Shown in pieces: positions 49,746-60,621 of a stretch of 64,000 nucleotides of DNA. The notes beneath the pieces were generated by a model. That model had not been told where the DNA came from. It saw only the letters and a program-made list of their open reading frames with translations, and made no database searches. Origin of the DNA: an uncultured bacterium (GTDB taxonomy: Bacteria; Babelota; Babeliae; Babelales; Babelaceae); contig OY970209.1 in the NCBI GenBank assembly GCA_963713855.1, forward strand, positions 128,001 to 192,000, read 5' to 3'. Within the stretch, counting starts at the first letter, position 1; the number at the start of each line of letters is the position of its first letter. Position numbers and translations under genes: made by a program.

Positions 49746-51640
49746 CAACAAGCAAGAAAAGCAAGAAGGTTGAGCCGCGCGCAAAGGCAAAACAAGCTGC
49801 TCCTGGAAAAGAGGAAGAGCCCCAACTTGCTGATGAACTTATCGAAGGTCTTCTTGAGAAGGGCAAAAAATCGGGCATATTGACCTATGAGGAGGTCATT
49901 GCCTTTGGTGAGCGTCATCACATTCCTGAAGCTGGGCTTAATGATGTCTTTAAAATAATCGACCGAGAAAATATTGAACTTGTAATGCAAGCTGAGCTTG
50001 ATAACGATGCTGAAGCAGTCCCCTTTGAAGCTGAAGAAGTTGAACAGCGAGCACCGCTACGTACCCATATAGTTGAGAATCTCGAGTTTGTTGAAGAAGA
50101 AGCTGAAGAGCCTGAGAGTGAGGATGAAGAACGGGAGACTGTTCGCGAAACTGGCGATTTTGGCTACATTGCAGACAGTGTAAAGGGGTATTTGAGGGAT
50201 ATCGGTAAGATACCACTTCTTAACAAAAAGACGGAAACTGTTATAGCTGAGCAAATAGCAACATGTAAGCGCAAGTCAATTGAGGCGATCTCAAAATTTC
50301 CTTTTCTCCATAAAGAGCTTTTACAAATTGGTGAAAAGGTGTCTAAAGATACCATGCCGCTCAAAGATGTCATTCAATTTTCTGAGTATGATGAAGAAAA
50401 TCTCCCCAAATATGAGGAAGAAAAAAAGGCATTTCTTGATACGATTGAGAACGTTAAGATGCTCATACAAAATGAGCAAAGTATTTATGAAAGCTATAGG
50501 GGAAAGCTTGATACACCTTCAAAAAAGCAAGAGATGCTTAGTAAAGTCCGCAAAAACCGTGAACTTATTAGCACAACTATTCAGAGTATTAAGCTTTCGA
50601 ATAAGATTGTGCGCAAATTTTCAAAACGGATAGAGCGCATCATCTTTAAGATTGAGGAACGTAACACTTTCATCAAAGCTCACGAAAATGCACAGCTTTC
50701 AACGAAAAACACCAAAGAAGAAGCTGAAGAGCTTGAACGTCAAATACGGGGCGCTCAAAAAGGAATCAGGAAGCTTGAGCAGGAAGCTGGCCTTCTACTT
50801 GATAAGATTCGATTTTACCATGAACAGCTTATTGAATGTCAAATTAAAGATAAAAGGGCAAAAGACGATCTTGCTCGCGCTAACCTGCGTTTGGTCGTAA
50901 ACATTGCAAAAAAGTATGTAAACAGGGGACTCCACTTCCTTGATCTTATTCAGGAAGGAAACATAGGCCTTTTAAAAGCCGTAGAAAAGTTTGAGTTTGA
51001 ACGAGGATACAAGTTTTCAACCTACGCGACCTGGTGGATAAGACAGGCTATTACACGAGCTATCGCGGACCAGTCACGCACCATTCGTGTACCTGTTCAC
51101 ATGGTCGAAACGCTCAATAAAATTAACAAAATTAAGCGCACCTTTATTCAGGAACATGGAAGAGAGCCGACTTACGCAGAGCTTGCAAAAGAGCTTAATA
51201 TCGATGAGAAAAAAATAAAAAATATCATCAAAATATCTAAAGAGCCAATCTCTCTTGAAACACCTGTTGGTGATAGCGAAGACGCATTTATTAAAGACTT
51301 TATAGAAAATGAAAATGAGCTATCGCCAGCTGAAGCAGTGGTAAGCAATGACTTAAAGGAGCGCGTACGAAAAGTCCTTAAAACACTTACCCCACGGGAA
51401 GAGAAGGTGCTTAAAATGCGCTTTGGTATAGACGTCGCTTCAGAGCATACTCTTGAAGAGGTTGGTAAAGACTTTGGCGTTACAAGAGAGCGGGTTCGCC
51501 AAATTGAAGTAAAAGCGCTCAGAAAATTGCGCCATCCTTCGCGCTCTAAGGAACTTCTGCCCTTTCTTGAAAAAGAACTTGAGCTTCTTGAGGGAGCTGA
51601 AGAGCAGATAGACGATATAGAGGAAGAGGATGAGGAATAA
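49742..51640 (+). CDS. rpoD: RNA polymerase sigma factor RpoD
   Basis: [42 protein letters not shown]; start MTTSKK overlaps the dnaG stop. Confidence 0.97.
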   Translation: MTTSKKSKKVEPRAKAKQAAPGKEEEPQLADELIEGLLEKGKKSGILTYEEVIAFGERHHIPEAGLNDVFKIIDRENIELVMQAELDNDAEAVPFEAEEVEQRAPLRTHIVENLEFVEEEAEEPESEDEERETVRETGDFGYIADSVKGYLRDIGKIPLLNKKTETVIAEQIATCKRKSIEAISKFPFLHKELLQIGEKVSKDTMPLKDVIQFSEYDEENLPKYEEEKKAFLDTIENVKMLIQNEQSIYESYRGKLDTPSKKQEMLSKVRKNRELISTTIQSIKLSNKIVRKFSKRIERIIFKIEERNTFIKAHENAQLSTKNTKEEAEELERQIRGAQKGIRKLEQEAGLLLDKIRFYHEQLIECQIKDKRAKDDLARANLRLVVNIAKKYVNRGLHFLDLIQEGNIGLLKAVEKFEFERGYKFSTYATWWIRQAITRAIADQSRTIRVPVHMVETLNKINKIKRTFIQEHGREPTYAELAKELNIDEKKIKNIIKISKEPISLETPVGDSEDAFIKDFIENENELSPAEAVVSNDLKERVRKVLKTLTPREEKVLKMRFGIDVASEHTLEEVGKDFGVTRERVRQIEVKALRKLRHPSRSKELLPFLEKELELLEGAEEQIDDIEEEDEE

Positions 51641-51661
51641 AATTGATTGCTTTTTAGTTTT

Positions 51662-51697
51662 TATAGAGAAAAAAGTCAAAATACCTTTTTCTCTATA
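51662..51697. terminator. Stem-loop after rpoD
   Basis: TATAGAGAAAAA...TTTTTCTCTATA. Confidence 0.45.
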
Positions 51698-51784
51698 GAT
51701 AACTTTTTGCTTTTTTAAAACAGTTGATTACATTAAGAAAACGGTTTTGAGGAATTTTTATAACAAGGAAACTAGAAAAGATTT

Positions 51785-53098
51785 ATGAGTAGTTACACTA
51801 GTCCCAATTTAATGACAGACGTCATAGTTTTTGCCGCTTCACTTTCTTTTTGCGGATTAACTGCATTCTTAGAAACAACGGTGACTACGCTCCGTCTTTT
51901 TCAACTCAAAGAGCTCGCCCAAACAACGGGTAGATATCGCGCTCTGCTTGATTCCTTAGAAAAAAATCACAGCCGTGTTTTAACAACAATTTTAATTGCA
52001 AAAAACTTAGCGGATGTCACAGCAGCCACATTTGGCGCGGGACTTATGAGCCAACTTTTAGCGCCACTTCCTGAACACGTAGCGCTCTGGCTTGGTATCG
52101 CAATCGTTACGATACTTATCCTCATATTTGGAGAAATTATACCTAAGATCATTGCAAAAGCTTACGGAGAGCGCTTTTTTTCTTCAACGCTTGGTATTAC
52201 CAACGTTATTTACTATGTTCTTTACCCGCTTGTTAATTTTCTTGTTCCTTTAGCTGATTGGATAGTCAATAAGCTTCTTGGAAGCAAAAAGCATGAAACG
52301 AGCGAGTATGTAACATCTGAAAAAGAAGTCCGTTTTTTAATCGATTACATAACCAAAAAAGGGCTTATGGAAGGTGAAAAAACGGTTATGATCAAGAGCA
52401 TTTTTGAGCTTGGAACAACACCAGTTCGTGAGATCATGGTACCGGCAACTTCCATAGTATCGATTGATGTCAATACAAATATGCAGGAGGCTCTTGATAT
52501 TTTTAGCAGGTATCAATTTTCACGACTACCAACTTATGTTGATACAGTGGACAATGTGATAGGCATGCTTCACCTTAAAGACCTATGCTCGCTTATTGCA
52601 AAAGGAGAAGACAAGCCCATACGCGAAATTATACGTCCGATCCTCTTCATTCCTGAAACGAGTAAGGTAAATCAGCTTCTTAAAGAATTTAAGCATCAAC
52701 ACATGCATATAGCGATGGTAATCAATGAATATGGCAGCATCATAGGACTTGTTTCGTTGGAGGACGTGCTTGAAGAAATTGTCGGAGAAATTAGGGATGA
52801 ATATGAGCTGGTACCTCAAAAAGTACTCAACCTAAAGCCCGATAGCTGGCTTGTTGATGCTAGCGTTGAGCTTGATGATCTGACTCCACTCCTTGATATA
52901 TCTTTTGAAACTGAAAACTCTCAAACCCTTGCTGGATTTTTAAATGAGCAGTTTCAGCACATTCCAAGAAAAGGTGAACGCCTTGTCTATAAAGACTACT
53001 GCTTTCAAATACAACAAGCGGGTGTCAAAAGAGTTCTACAGGTTCTCATTTTTAAAGAACCACTCGTTGTTGAAGATACGAGCATCGCAGCACAATAA
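51785..53098 (+). CDS. DUF21-CBS-CorC (TlyC/CNNM-type) membrane protein
   Basis: FGEIIPK, FSRLP, NEYG..GLVSLED.LEEIVGEI.DE. Confidence 0.92.
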   Translation: MSSYTSPNLMTDVIVFAASLSFCGLTAFLETTVTTLRLFQLKELAQTTGRYRALLDSLEKNHSRVLTTILIAKNLADVTAATFGAGLMSQLLAPLPEHVALWLGIAIVTILILIFGEIIPKIIAKAYGERFFSSTLGITNVIYYVLYPLVNFLVPLADWIVNKLLGSKKHETSEYVTSEKEVRFLIDYITKKGLMEGEKTVMIKSIFELGTTPVREIMVPATSIVSIDVNTNMQEALDIFSRYQFSRLPTYVDTVDNVIGMLHLKDLCSLIAKGEDKPIREIIRPILFIPETSKVNQLLKEFKHQHMHIAMVINEYGSIIGLVSLEDVLEEIVGEIRDEYELVPQKVLNLKPDSWLVDASVELDDLTPLLDISFETENSQTLAGFLNEQFQHIPRKGERLVYKDYCFQIQQAGVKRVLQVLIFKEPLVVEDTSIAAQ

Positions 53099-53171
53099 CG
53101 ATCAAATAGAGGGTAGTCAGCTTTCTATTTAGATGCTAAAGTAATAGCAGATTCTACTTTCAGTACTTTAT

Positions 53172-54590
53172 ATGAATTTGCAAAGTCTCTGTATGGCCCT
53201 TTTTACCTCTATGCACGTTAATAGCCCGATTGAACATGTACCAAAGGTGACCGTTATTGGTGCAGGGCTAGCCGGCCTTACCGCTGCTTATTACTTACAT
53301 AAAGCAGGCATCGAGGTCGAGGTATATGAAGCAAGAAAAAGAGTAGGCGGACGCATACATAGCGTCTACCTTGATGGCAATACTGTCGAGCTCGGGGGAC
53401 AAAATATCACTGACGGCGGCAAGAATCGGCATTTTATTAACCTCATGGATGAGCTTGGACTCGAAAGCGTATCCTCTTTGCAAGCTTTAAATGGCCACTG
53501 TATCAATAACAAAACATGTATCTCCATAAAAGAGCTGATTCAAAAACGCGGATGGAAAGCGGAAAGCCTTAAAAAACGATTGTTTAATACTGCTCAAAAA
53601 GCTCATACCATGCAGGACGTCATCGATGATATGTTCGATGCGGATGATCCCTTGTATACAGTTTCACGTGTAAGATTGGCAGCATACGAGGGAGGGCTAC
53701 CCGAGAATCTTTCGACAGTTTATACAGATACGCTCTATCACGTATTACTGGGAAGCATCAGCGCGGTACACAATGATACTAACTATATAGAGCATTCAAA
53801 CATTAAAGGCGGCAATAGTCTTTTACCTGCAAGGCTTTCGCGTGCACTAGGAACGCGAGTTCATCTTGGTATGCCTCTTAAAGTCGTACAGAAAGATGCA
53901 AATGGGACATACAAGCTCACTTTTGAAAATGGTTTTGAGACCTCTGCCCACATACTGGTTCTTGCTATCCCTTGTTCAGTTTACGAGAGCATCGACTTTC
54001 AAGAAACAGTGTTTCCTAAAGAAAAACTTGCTTCCATTAAACAGATACGCTACGGGCAGAACGCAAAAATTATTGTTCCTTTAACTGACGCGGCTAAAGA
54101 AAGAAGATACTTTCTTACCGATTACATGATCAGCTTTTTAAATAAAGATAACAACATTTTAACTCTTTACTATGTTGGAAACTCATCGCACTTTTCAGCA
54201 ACCAGTGTCAAAGCTCTTTATCAAAAGAGTATCGAGGACCTAAAAGTCGCTTTTCCTGTAAAAATGTTTCCTACACTTACTCCTGTTTTAGCTACGGATG
54301 AAGCTTTTGGATGTTATAAAGGACCTGTTGGATATAGCTGGCCGAATGATACCTATGCTCGTGGCTCATATGCGTATATTTCGCCAGGACAGGAATCTTT
54401 ATTAAAAGCAGTGCATGAAGAAGAGGGGTATCCGGTAAAAACCCTTTTTGGATCAATCGATCAAACACTCTACTTTGCTGGAGAGCATACATCAAACTTA
54501 TTCGACGTACCCGGAACTATGGAAGCAGCCTGCCAGTCGGGTAAAAGTGTTGCCGACATTATAGGTAAAAGACTTTCAATCAAAATCTAA
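53172..54590 (+). CDS. Flavin-containing amine oxidase family protein
   Basis: VIGAGLAGL, EAR.RVGGR, RGSY, FAGEHT, GTMEAA..SG. Confidence 0.88.
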   Translation: MNLQSLCMALFTSMHVNSPIEHVPKVTVIGAGLAGLTAAYYLHKAGIEVEVYEARKRVGGRIHSVYLDGNTVELGGQNITDGGKNRHFINLMDELGLESVSSLQALNGHCINNKTCISIKELIQKRGWKAESLKKRLFNTAQKAHTMQDVIDDMFDADDPLYTVSRVRLAAYEGGLPENLSTVYTDTLYHVLLGSISAVHNDTNYIEHSNIKGGNSLLPARLSRALGTRVHLGMPLKVVQKDANGTYKLTFENGFETSAHILVLAIPCSVYESIDFQETVFPKEKLASIKQIRYGQNAKIIVPLTDAAKERRYFLTDYMISFLNKDNNILTLYYVGNSSHFSATSVKALYQKSIEDLKVAFPVKMFPTLTPVLATDEAFGCYKGPVGYSWPNDTYARGSYAYISPGQESLLKAVHEEEGYPVKTLFGSIDQTLYFAGEHTSNLFDVPGTMEAACQSGKSVADIIGKRLSIKI

Positions 54591-54628
54591 ATTTTCTGAA
54601 CAAGTTAAGCTCATACCATGTATGGATC

Positions 54629-55330
54629 TTAATTGCTTTCTTGATGATCAAGATGGTTACCCGTTTTTGGCTTCGGGCAATCAGTGGTGCAGCAAGAATA
54701 CCCGATAGCAGTAATTCCAGCGGTCATACGCGCCTTACTTTTACAGCACACTCCATTATGCATTGACGGATATTCTTCTGGGCAGCACTGTTTTGAACTG
54801 CTATTATAGGCGGCAGGGCAACAGGTTTTTGTTATTGGATTATAGCTTTCAGGAGCACAGCAAAAACCCTTTCCACTTTCATTACTAGGGTTGTAGTAAT
54901 TTTGGCAAACTGGCGTTGTTTCCCCCATAAGGCCTTTGACCATGAACTTATTCGGACAACATTGTCGAGTATCAGGGTTATACTTTTCGATGGCACAGCA
55001 TACGTGGCTTACTGGTGAATATATCTGAGAATATCCAGGACAACAGACTCCAGGGTTTTGTTGCTCTTTTAACCATTGTTCCGGGGTGAACCTTAGGTCG
55101 GGCACTCCGGATCGATTCTTCACACGTGTTTTTACCGTTTCGAAATCTTCAGGTCTAGCGTAATAGCCGTTGGGACATCTTGGGATTATTACCAAGCCGC
55201 CACGAAGCACGTCTAGGGTAGGGTCGGTGGGTATATCTGCGCACGTATTTACCCATGCCTGTTGCACACCACTTATACAGCTAAAAACAGATAAAAATAC
55301 AAAGAAACTTAATGTCCATATCCGGTTCAT
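54629..55330 (-). CDS. Cys-rich secreted protein with CC repeats
   Basis: Signal peptide; repeated Y(N/S)P....CC(P/A) units. Confidence 0.7.
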   Translation of the reverse strand: MNRIWTLSFFVFLSVFSCISGVQQAWVNTCADIPTDPTLDVLRGGLVIIPRCPNGYYARPEDFETVKTRVKNRSGVPDLRFTPEQWLKEQQNPGVCCPGYSQIYSPVSHVCCAIEKYNPDTRQCCPNKFMVKGLMGETTPVCQNYYNPSNESGKGFCCAPESYNPITKTCCPAAYNSSSKQCCPEEYPSMHNGVCCKSKARMTAGITAIGYSCCTTDCPKPKTGNHLDHQESN

Positions 55331-55505
55331 TGTTTCTCCTTCAGAGTGTTCATTAAGAAATTTAATTTTAATTATATAACTTTAGATTAATTTTTTGCAA
55401 TATTTTCATTTATGCAATTACAATATGTTTTGAAATTGAAAAATTTACATCGACGAAATCTATTTCTTGGGGCAATCTATTAGATATTTAATGAGCGAGG
55501 GCCGC

Positions 55506-55745
55506 ATGTACAGAATTTTGATAGTAATAAGTGCTTTTTTGATAAGCTTCTGCGGACATGGAAAACGGGCAGAATTCACTGAGCTAATCAAGTACCTGCA
55601 GCATTCAAAAATTATCTACAGGAAGGATTGGAGCGAAGAAGAATTGCAAAAAGTCCATGATCATGCTCTTTCATATATTCAAGGTCTCGCACCAGAAGCC
55701 GCATGCGCTTTAGAGAGCGATGAGTTTACTATCCATCAGATGTGA
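55506..55745 (+). CDS. Short secreted hypothetical protein (possibly truncated)
   Basis: GAGG RBS, MYRILIVISAFL hydrophobic N-terminus. Confidence 0.45.
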   Translation: MYRILIVISAFLISFCGHGKRAEFTELIKYLQHSKIIYRKDWSEEELQKVHDHALSYIQGLAPEAACALESDEFTIHQM

Positions 55746-55750
55746 GAGAT

Positions 55751-56182
55751 TTAAAAACCATGCAAGCGAGTTATAAATGCATGTGCAACATCAAGCAGTT
55801 TAACGCCGTTTTCGTACGTCAATAACTGTCTAGCAGCTTCATAGGGTAGCCATTTAAAGTCGGCATGCTCTTCGGATAATACTACTTCTTTGGTGTGAGC
55901 TTGAGCGGCAAAGAAGGTTACTTGCTTACTGACAAGTTCGCCCTCGCGTCCCTTAAAACGATAGAAAAGTCTTTGCTCAAAACCGGGATCAAGTTGCACC
56001 GAAATACCTGTTTCCTCATGAATCTCACGGCAGGCAGCCTGCTCATTGGTCTCAGCGGCTTCTAATTTCCCTTTAGGAAAATCCCAGCGGCCGTTACCGT
56101 AATATAAAATAAGATATTCAATTGTCAGCTCAGCTTCATTTTTATAGTAGACGACTGCGCCTGCCGAAAATTCTTTTCTCAT
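55751..56182 (-). CDS. Nudix hydrolase, Ap4A-hydrolase-like
   Basis: SAGAVV, WDFPKG..E...A.REI.EETG, LS.EH. Confidence 0.88.
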   Translation of the reverse strand: MRKEFSAGAVVYYKNEAELTIEYLILYYGNGRWDFPKGKLEAAETNEQAACREIHEETGISVQLDPGFEQRLFYRFKGREGELVSKQVTFFAAQAHTKEVVLSEEHADFKWLPYEAARQLLTYENGVKLLDVAHAFITRLHGF

Positions 56183-56322
56183 ATCTTACCCTTGCTTATG
56201 CACGTACTTTTGGTAGGTGCTATGAGCTTTACTCTACGAAAATATTAAAAGCATATCTTCATAACATACACCTTCAAGCTTACTATAGCAACTTTAGGCT
56301 ACAGAAACTGCTCGAGAAGTGC

Positions 56323-57006
56323 TCAAAGAGAAGACTCCTTCCTCAATTTTGCATTTTCCAAAACAAAATTAATATTCATAGCTCCAGCTACATAGGGGTC
56401 ATGGCATGTCACTATTAACCCTCGCCCTTTCTGCTTGCTTGAACGAAGCAAAAGATTAACTATAGTTTCTTTATTAACCGCATCAAGGTGCGCTGTCGGC
56501 TCATCGGCTAGTAAAAATTGCGGATTAGTGAATAGCGCACGAGCTATAGCAACTCTTTGTTGTTCGCCACCAGATAGCACAGCGACTGAAGAAGTTGCTC
56601 TATCCTCGAGCCCGACCTCCTTGAGTAAAGCATAGCCTTGCTCTTTTGCACTATGCGATGACTGGCCGGCAATTAAGCCTTTAATAATCACGTTTTCTAA
56701 AACTGTTAATTCTTTTAAAAGGTGCGGCTTTTGAAAAACTATACCAATGGTTTCATGAAAAAACGAACGGGGAAAACGACCAGCAAGCAAGGCAGTCTTA
56801 AGACCGCCTATCGTAATGCTGCCCTTTGTCGGCTCTTCAAGACCTGCTAAAACCGAAAGAAAGGTAGATTTACCGCTTCCAGAAATACCTTTAAGGGCAT
56901 ACGTTTGACCCTGCTCAAAGATAACGGATATATCGCTCAGGATGGTAAAGATCCCCCCAGGAGAGGTAACCATTTTTGTAACATTTTCACAGAGTAATTG
57001 AGTCAT
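56323..57006 (-). CDS. ABC transporter ATP-binding protein (LolD-like)
   Basis: GISGSGKST, LSGGEQQRVAIARA, LLADEPT. Confidence 0.9.
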   Translation of the reverse strand: MTQLLCENVTKMVTSPGGIFTILSDISVIFEQGQTYALKGISGSGKSTFLSVLAGLEEPTKGSITIGGLKTALLAGRFPRSFFHETIGIVFQKPHLLKELTVLENVIIKGLIAGQSSHSAKEQGYALLKEVGLEDRATSSVAVLSGGEQQRVAIARALFTNPQFLLADEPTAHLDAVNKETIVNLLLRSSKQKGRGLIVTCHDPYVAGAMNINFVLENAKLRKESSL

Positions 57007-57670
57007 TCAAAGGTGCTCTTGAAGGTTGTGAAGGTAAAGCAATAAAAGCACGTATCTGATCTAAAATACGAGTTCGCTCATTGATATCTGTTTCAAACTC
57101 AGCATCAGTAGAAAGTGTGAGCACAGGAACAGTTTTGAGTACTGGTAAAATGTCATGGCGGGCAAGTAAAAAGTCGTCATGGCGCCTATGTATTTGTTCT
57201 AAATAAGACTTAGGAACGCTAGATTCGGCCGCTCTGCTTCTTTTTTTAACGCGCTCAAAAGCTCGCTCGGGGCTCACTCTTAGATAAATAAATCCTTGGG
57301 GGGCCTTGGTGAGTCGAGGTATGAGGAAGTTAAACCAGTTCGAACACATATTCCATTCAAGTGGGGACATAAACCCATTTTCATAACTGTTACGTGCAAA
57401 ACAATAGTAGCCAGAGTAGACTGAACGCTCGGAAATTACGCAACTTTTGTAGCCTTCTTGGTCTCGAATACGAGATAACATGGTAAATGTCTCCATGGTA
57501 TACGCCCACCGCGGCGGATTCTGATAAAAATGCCCAAGCAAGGAATTTCCCTCTATAGGACGTTGCCAATCCTGAGGTTCTTGCGCTACCATAAGATGCG
57601 CTATTTCTTGGCCGATAAGCTTTATAAGAGTGGATTTACCTGCACCCATATTTCCTTCAAGCAAGTACAT
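56987..57670 (-). CDS. Deoxynucleoside kinase (dCK/dGK-like)
   Basis: EGNMGAGKST, EP..W, ERSVYS, R..KRSR..E lid, YLEQIH. Confidence 0.9.
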   Translation of the reverse strand: MYLLEGNMGAGKSTLIKLIGQEIAHLMVAQEPQDWQRPIEGNSLLGHFYQNPPRWAYTMETFTMLSRIRDQEGYKSCVISERSVYSGYYCFARNSYENGFMSPLEWNMCSNWFNFLIPRLTKAPQGFIYLRVSPERAFERVKKRSRAAESSVPKSYLEQIHRRHDDFLLARHDILPVLKTVPVLTLSTDAEFETDINERTRILDQIRAFIALPSQPSRAPLNDSITL

Positions 57671-57827
57671 ATCTTAGCTTTCTTTTAAATAAGGAAAACA
57701 ACCATGACTCAATTATAAGTATAAAACAATATTGACTTTTTAATAGCAAGGCTCAAAGTATCTATTGCCAAAAATGCTGAACTATGGTTCTATTTTAGGA
57801 AAGAAAGACGTGAAAAAAGGAGCAAGC

Positions 57828-58541
57828 ATGACACATAAGTATCTTTCAGTCGTACCGTACCTTATATTCTCTTTAACCCTGTCGCTCTCTATACGAGCTA
57901 ATGAAGGTGAAGTTACCGTTACGATACCTGCAAATGGCAGCAAGGCGCCTTCATTTAAAGCCCATTCAACCGAGGGCATGATTACGTTTCCACAAGATTA
58001 CGCTGGAAAATGGGTCATTTTTTTTAGCCATCCAGGCGATTTTACCCCTGTATGCGAGAGGGAAGTGATGAAAGTCGCAGCCGCTGTGTCAAAACTTAAG
58101 CGTTTTAATATAGACTTTCTCGGCTTATCGACCGACTCAACCTACGTACATCACCTGTGGAAAGAAAGCCTTGAAAAAAAGATGGGCGGCAAATATAGAA
58201 AAATCGAGTTTCCTATCATTGCGGACACCAATCGTACTATTTCAAAAAAATATGGCATGATTCACTCACCAATAAGCACCGACGAAACCGTTAGAGCCGT
58301 ATTCATTATAGACCCAGAAGGAATTGTTCGAACTTCATTGTTCTACCCAGTAACCAATGGACGTAGCTTTGTTGAAATTAGAAGAATTGTGCAAGCTCTT
58401 CAAGAAACGGATAGGAAAAAAGTTATTACTCCTCCAGAATGGCAACCAGGCGAATACGCGATAAAACCGCCTATTCCTGAAGCTATTGAAGCCAAGAAAG
58501 AAAACGCGAGCAAGGCATTCATTGTAGCAGCTGGAAAATGA
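57828..58541 (+). CDS. Peroxiredoxin (Prx6/1-Cys type) with N-terminal signal peptide
   Basis: FSHPGDFTPVC, TVRAVFIIDP, YP...GR, P.EW.PG; AAGGAG RBS before ATG 57828. Confidence 0.88.
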   Translation: MTHKYLSVVPYLIFSLTLSLSIRANEGEVTVTIPANGSKAPSFKAHSTEGMITFPQDYAGKWVIFFSHPGDFTPVCEREVMKVAAAVSKLKRFNIDFLGLSTDSTYVHHLWKESLEKKMGGKYRKIEFPIIADTNRTISKKYGMIHSPISTDETVRAVFIIDPEGIVRTSLFYPVTNGRSFVEIRRIVQALQETDRKKVITPPEWQPGEYAIKPPIPEAIEAKKENASKAFIVAAGK

Positions 58542-59041
58542 TTTCCTATATTCCATTGCTCATATTACTAGCTAGCGGGTTTTTATTTGGCGTAGGGCTC
58601 TTTGTCATCAAAAAATCTGATTCTCATAAGTCCGTAAAAAGACGCTGGATCATTATTTTAGTAACCTGTTTTGCTATTGCTGGTATTCTTAGCGTGCTGA
58701 ATTTAAAACAAAAAGAACGGATTGTAATTCAGCTACTGGTCACTAGTTTATTTCTTGGTGCAACGCTTTGGAACAGCTTTATTACATGGAACTCCCTGCG
58801 CAGACACCATGAACGCCTTTTAAAGCTTTCTGCCGGCATAATAAGTATCGGGCTTATTGTCATTTGCTGCTTTTTTTTAAAAGATATACAGGAAGTCGTA
58901 CCTTTATTAAAGTATTCATGGCAAGGACAAACTTGGAATTCTCTGGGGCTCAGAGTTGGTGCCCCTTTACTACCAGCAGCTATCTTAGGCTTAGCTCTTG
59001 AGAAAATAAAGCAAAAAGCCTTAAAACGCAGAAAACAATGA
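58538..59041 (+). CDS. Hypothetical membrane protein
   Basis: About 5 TM helices; ATGA overlap with the Prx gene. Confidence 0.65.
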   Translation: MISYIPLLILLASGFLFGVGLFVIKKSDSHKSVKRRWIIILVTCFAIAGILSVLNLKQKERIVIQLLVTSLFLGATLWNSFITWNSLRRHHERLLKLSAGIISIGLIVICCFFLKDIQEVVPLLKYSWQGQTWNSLGLRVGAPLLPAAILGLALEKIKQKALKRRKQ

Positions 59042-59068
59042 AAAGCGGGGGTATTTTCCCCCGCTTTC
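59040..59068. terminator. Bidirectional terminator between convergent genes
   Basis: AAAGCGGGG-gtattt-CCCCGCTTT. Confidence 0.75.
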
Positions 59069-59850
59069 TATACAAAATCAAGTCTTCTTTTAATGCGCTT
59101 TATTGCGTTGTACCCAAATCCCAAAATACAAATCAGAACTGCCAATGCCGTTACCCAAAAAGGTAAATAGCCTGATGGGCCAAGCACAGTCGCTCGCGTT
59201 CCTTCCATGACATAGGTCATGGGATTTATAAGCCCGACATAACCGAGCGCAGGAAAAACGCTATAAAGAGCTTTCCATGAAAATTGAAAACCTCCTAAAA
59301 ACCACATGGGAAATATAAAGCGCATCCAGACGTTGCCCATTTTCTCTATTGATTCCGCCCTACTTGCTATCCACAAGGTAAATACGCCGTAAAAAACGCT
59401 AACGAGAACCATGAAAAATAGAAAATGGGGCCATGAAACTGCTGTAAGGTCAAACTGATTCCAGAGTACAAGCTTACCCATTGGTATGACGCAAAGGCTC
59501 AGTGTTAGAGCGTTGAGGGCGTAATAGGTTATCGTTTTAATCAACACCAGCCACGAAGGCAAGGGAAGTGTCAAGTGATAAGAAATTATCCGATCACCAG
59601 AAAAATCTTGCACTAAACTCATCGCACTTGGATAGACTTCAAATAAACCAGCGCTTGCTATAAGTCCTGCAAGCTGGAAGGGCCCGAAATTAGTTAGTCC
59701 GAAGGCTGGCATAATATACCCCATAACAACAAGCGTAATGCCCACCCAGATAAAAAGGTTAACCAATTTATCTTTAAGTGATTCGTAAAAAATAATGAGA
59801 TCGGCAGCAAGAAGTTGCTTAAAAATGTAAGCATGCAACGAAAATGACAT
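59068..59850 (-). CDS. ABC-2 type permease
   Basis: 6 TM helices, PMWFLGG, NPMTYVMEG.R. Confidence 0.88.
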   Translation of the reverse strand: MSFSLHAYIFKQLLAADLIIFYESLKDKLVNLFIWVGITLVVMGYIMPAFGLTNFGPFQLAGLIASAGLFEVYPSAMSLVQDFSGDRIISYHLTLPLPSWLVLIKTITYYALNALTLSLCVIPMGKLVLWNQFDLTAVSWPHFLFFMVLVSVFYGVFTLWIASRAESIEKMGNVWMRFIFPMWFLGGFQFSWKALYSVFPALGYVGLINPMTYVMEGTRATVLGPSGYLPFWVTALAVLICILGFGYNAIKRIKRRLDFV

Positions 59851-59862
59851 AAAAATTCCTTT

Positions 59863-60621
59863 TTAACAAACAACCTGGTTTTCATTCATCAATGCAACAA
59901 AAACGTCCTCGAGATTGGCTTTATTAAAATCTGACAAAAGCTTATCGGGTCTTTCAACAAGCCTTACCTTACCAGCATCCAAAATGCATACTCTGTCCGA
60001 AAGCTCTTCAGCTTCGTCAAGGTAGTGCGTCGTAAGGATCACCGTAATTCCATCATTTTTAAGCTCCCTAATAAGCTGCCACAGTTGACGTCGAATATGT
60101 GGGTCGAGGCCCACTGTAGGCTCATCAAGCAAGACAATTTTAGGACCATGCATAAGGCTTCGAGCAATCATAAATCGTTGCTTATATCCTCCAGAAAGAA
60201 CAAAGGCCTTTTGATGCAGGTAACTGGTCAGCTCAAATTGCTTTGCAAGTACTGAAAGCCTTTCATTAATTTTACTCTCGCTCATTCCGTAAAAGCGACC
60301 GGCAAAGCGCAAGTTGTTATCGAGAGTAAGACTCGGATGTAAGTTTGGACGTTGCGGACAAAAGCCCAACCGTAAGCGATAAGAATCAAGATCTTCATAG
60401 ATAGAAACACCATTCATCAAAATATCGCCACTAGTCGGGGGGTGCAAGGTAGCAATAATTGATGAAAGCGTCGTTTTACCAGCGCCGTTAACTCCAAGTA
60501 AACCAAAAATTTCGCCACTTTTTATGTCGAGTGAAACACCTTTTAAAGCCTCTGTTTCAAGCTTTTTCTTGTTATAATAGTTTTTTTTAATATTTTTAAT
60601 CGTTAATAAGATGTCGGACAT
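59863..60621 (-). CDS. ABC transporter ATP-binding protein (DrrA-like)
   Basis: GVNGAGKTT, LSGG, LLDEPTVGLD, TTHYLDEAE. Confidence 0.93.
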   Translation of the reverse strand: MSDILLTIKNIKKNYYNKKKLETEALKGVSLDIKSGEIFGLLGVNGAGKTTLSSIIATLHPPTSGDILMNGVSIYEDLDSYRLRLGFCPQRPNLHPSLTLDNNLRFAGRFYGMSESKINERLSVLAKQFELTSYLHQKAFVLSGGYKQRFMIARSLMHGPKIVLLDEPTVGLDPHIRRQLWQLIRELKNDGITVILTTHYLDEAEELSDRVCILDAGKVRLVERPDKLLSDFNKANLEDVFVALMNENQVVC

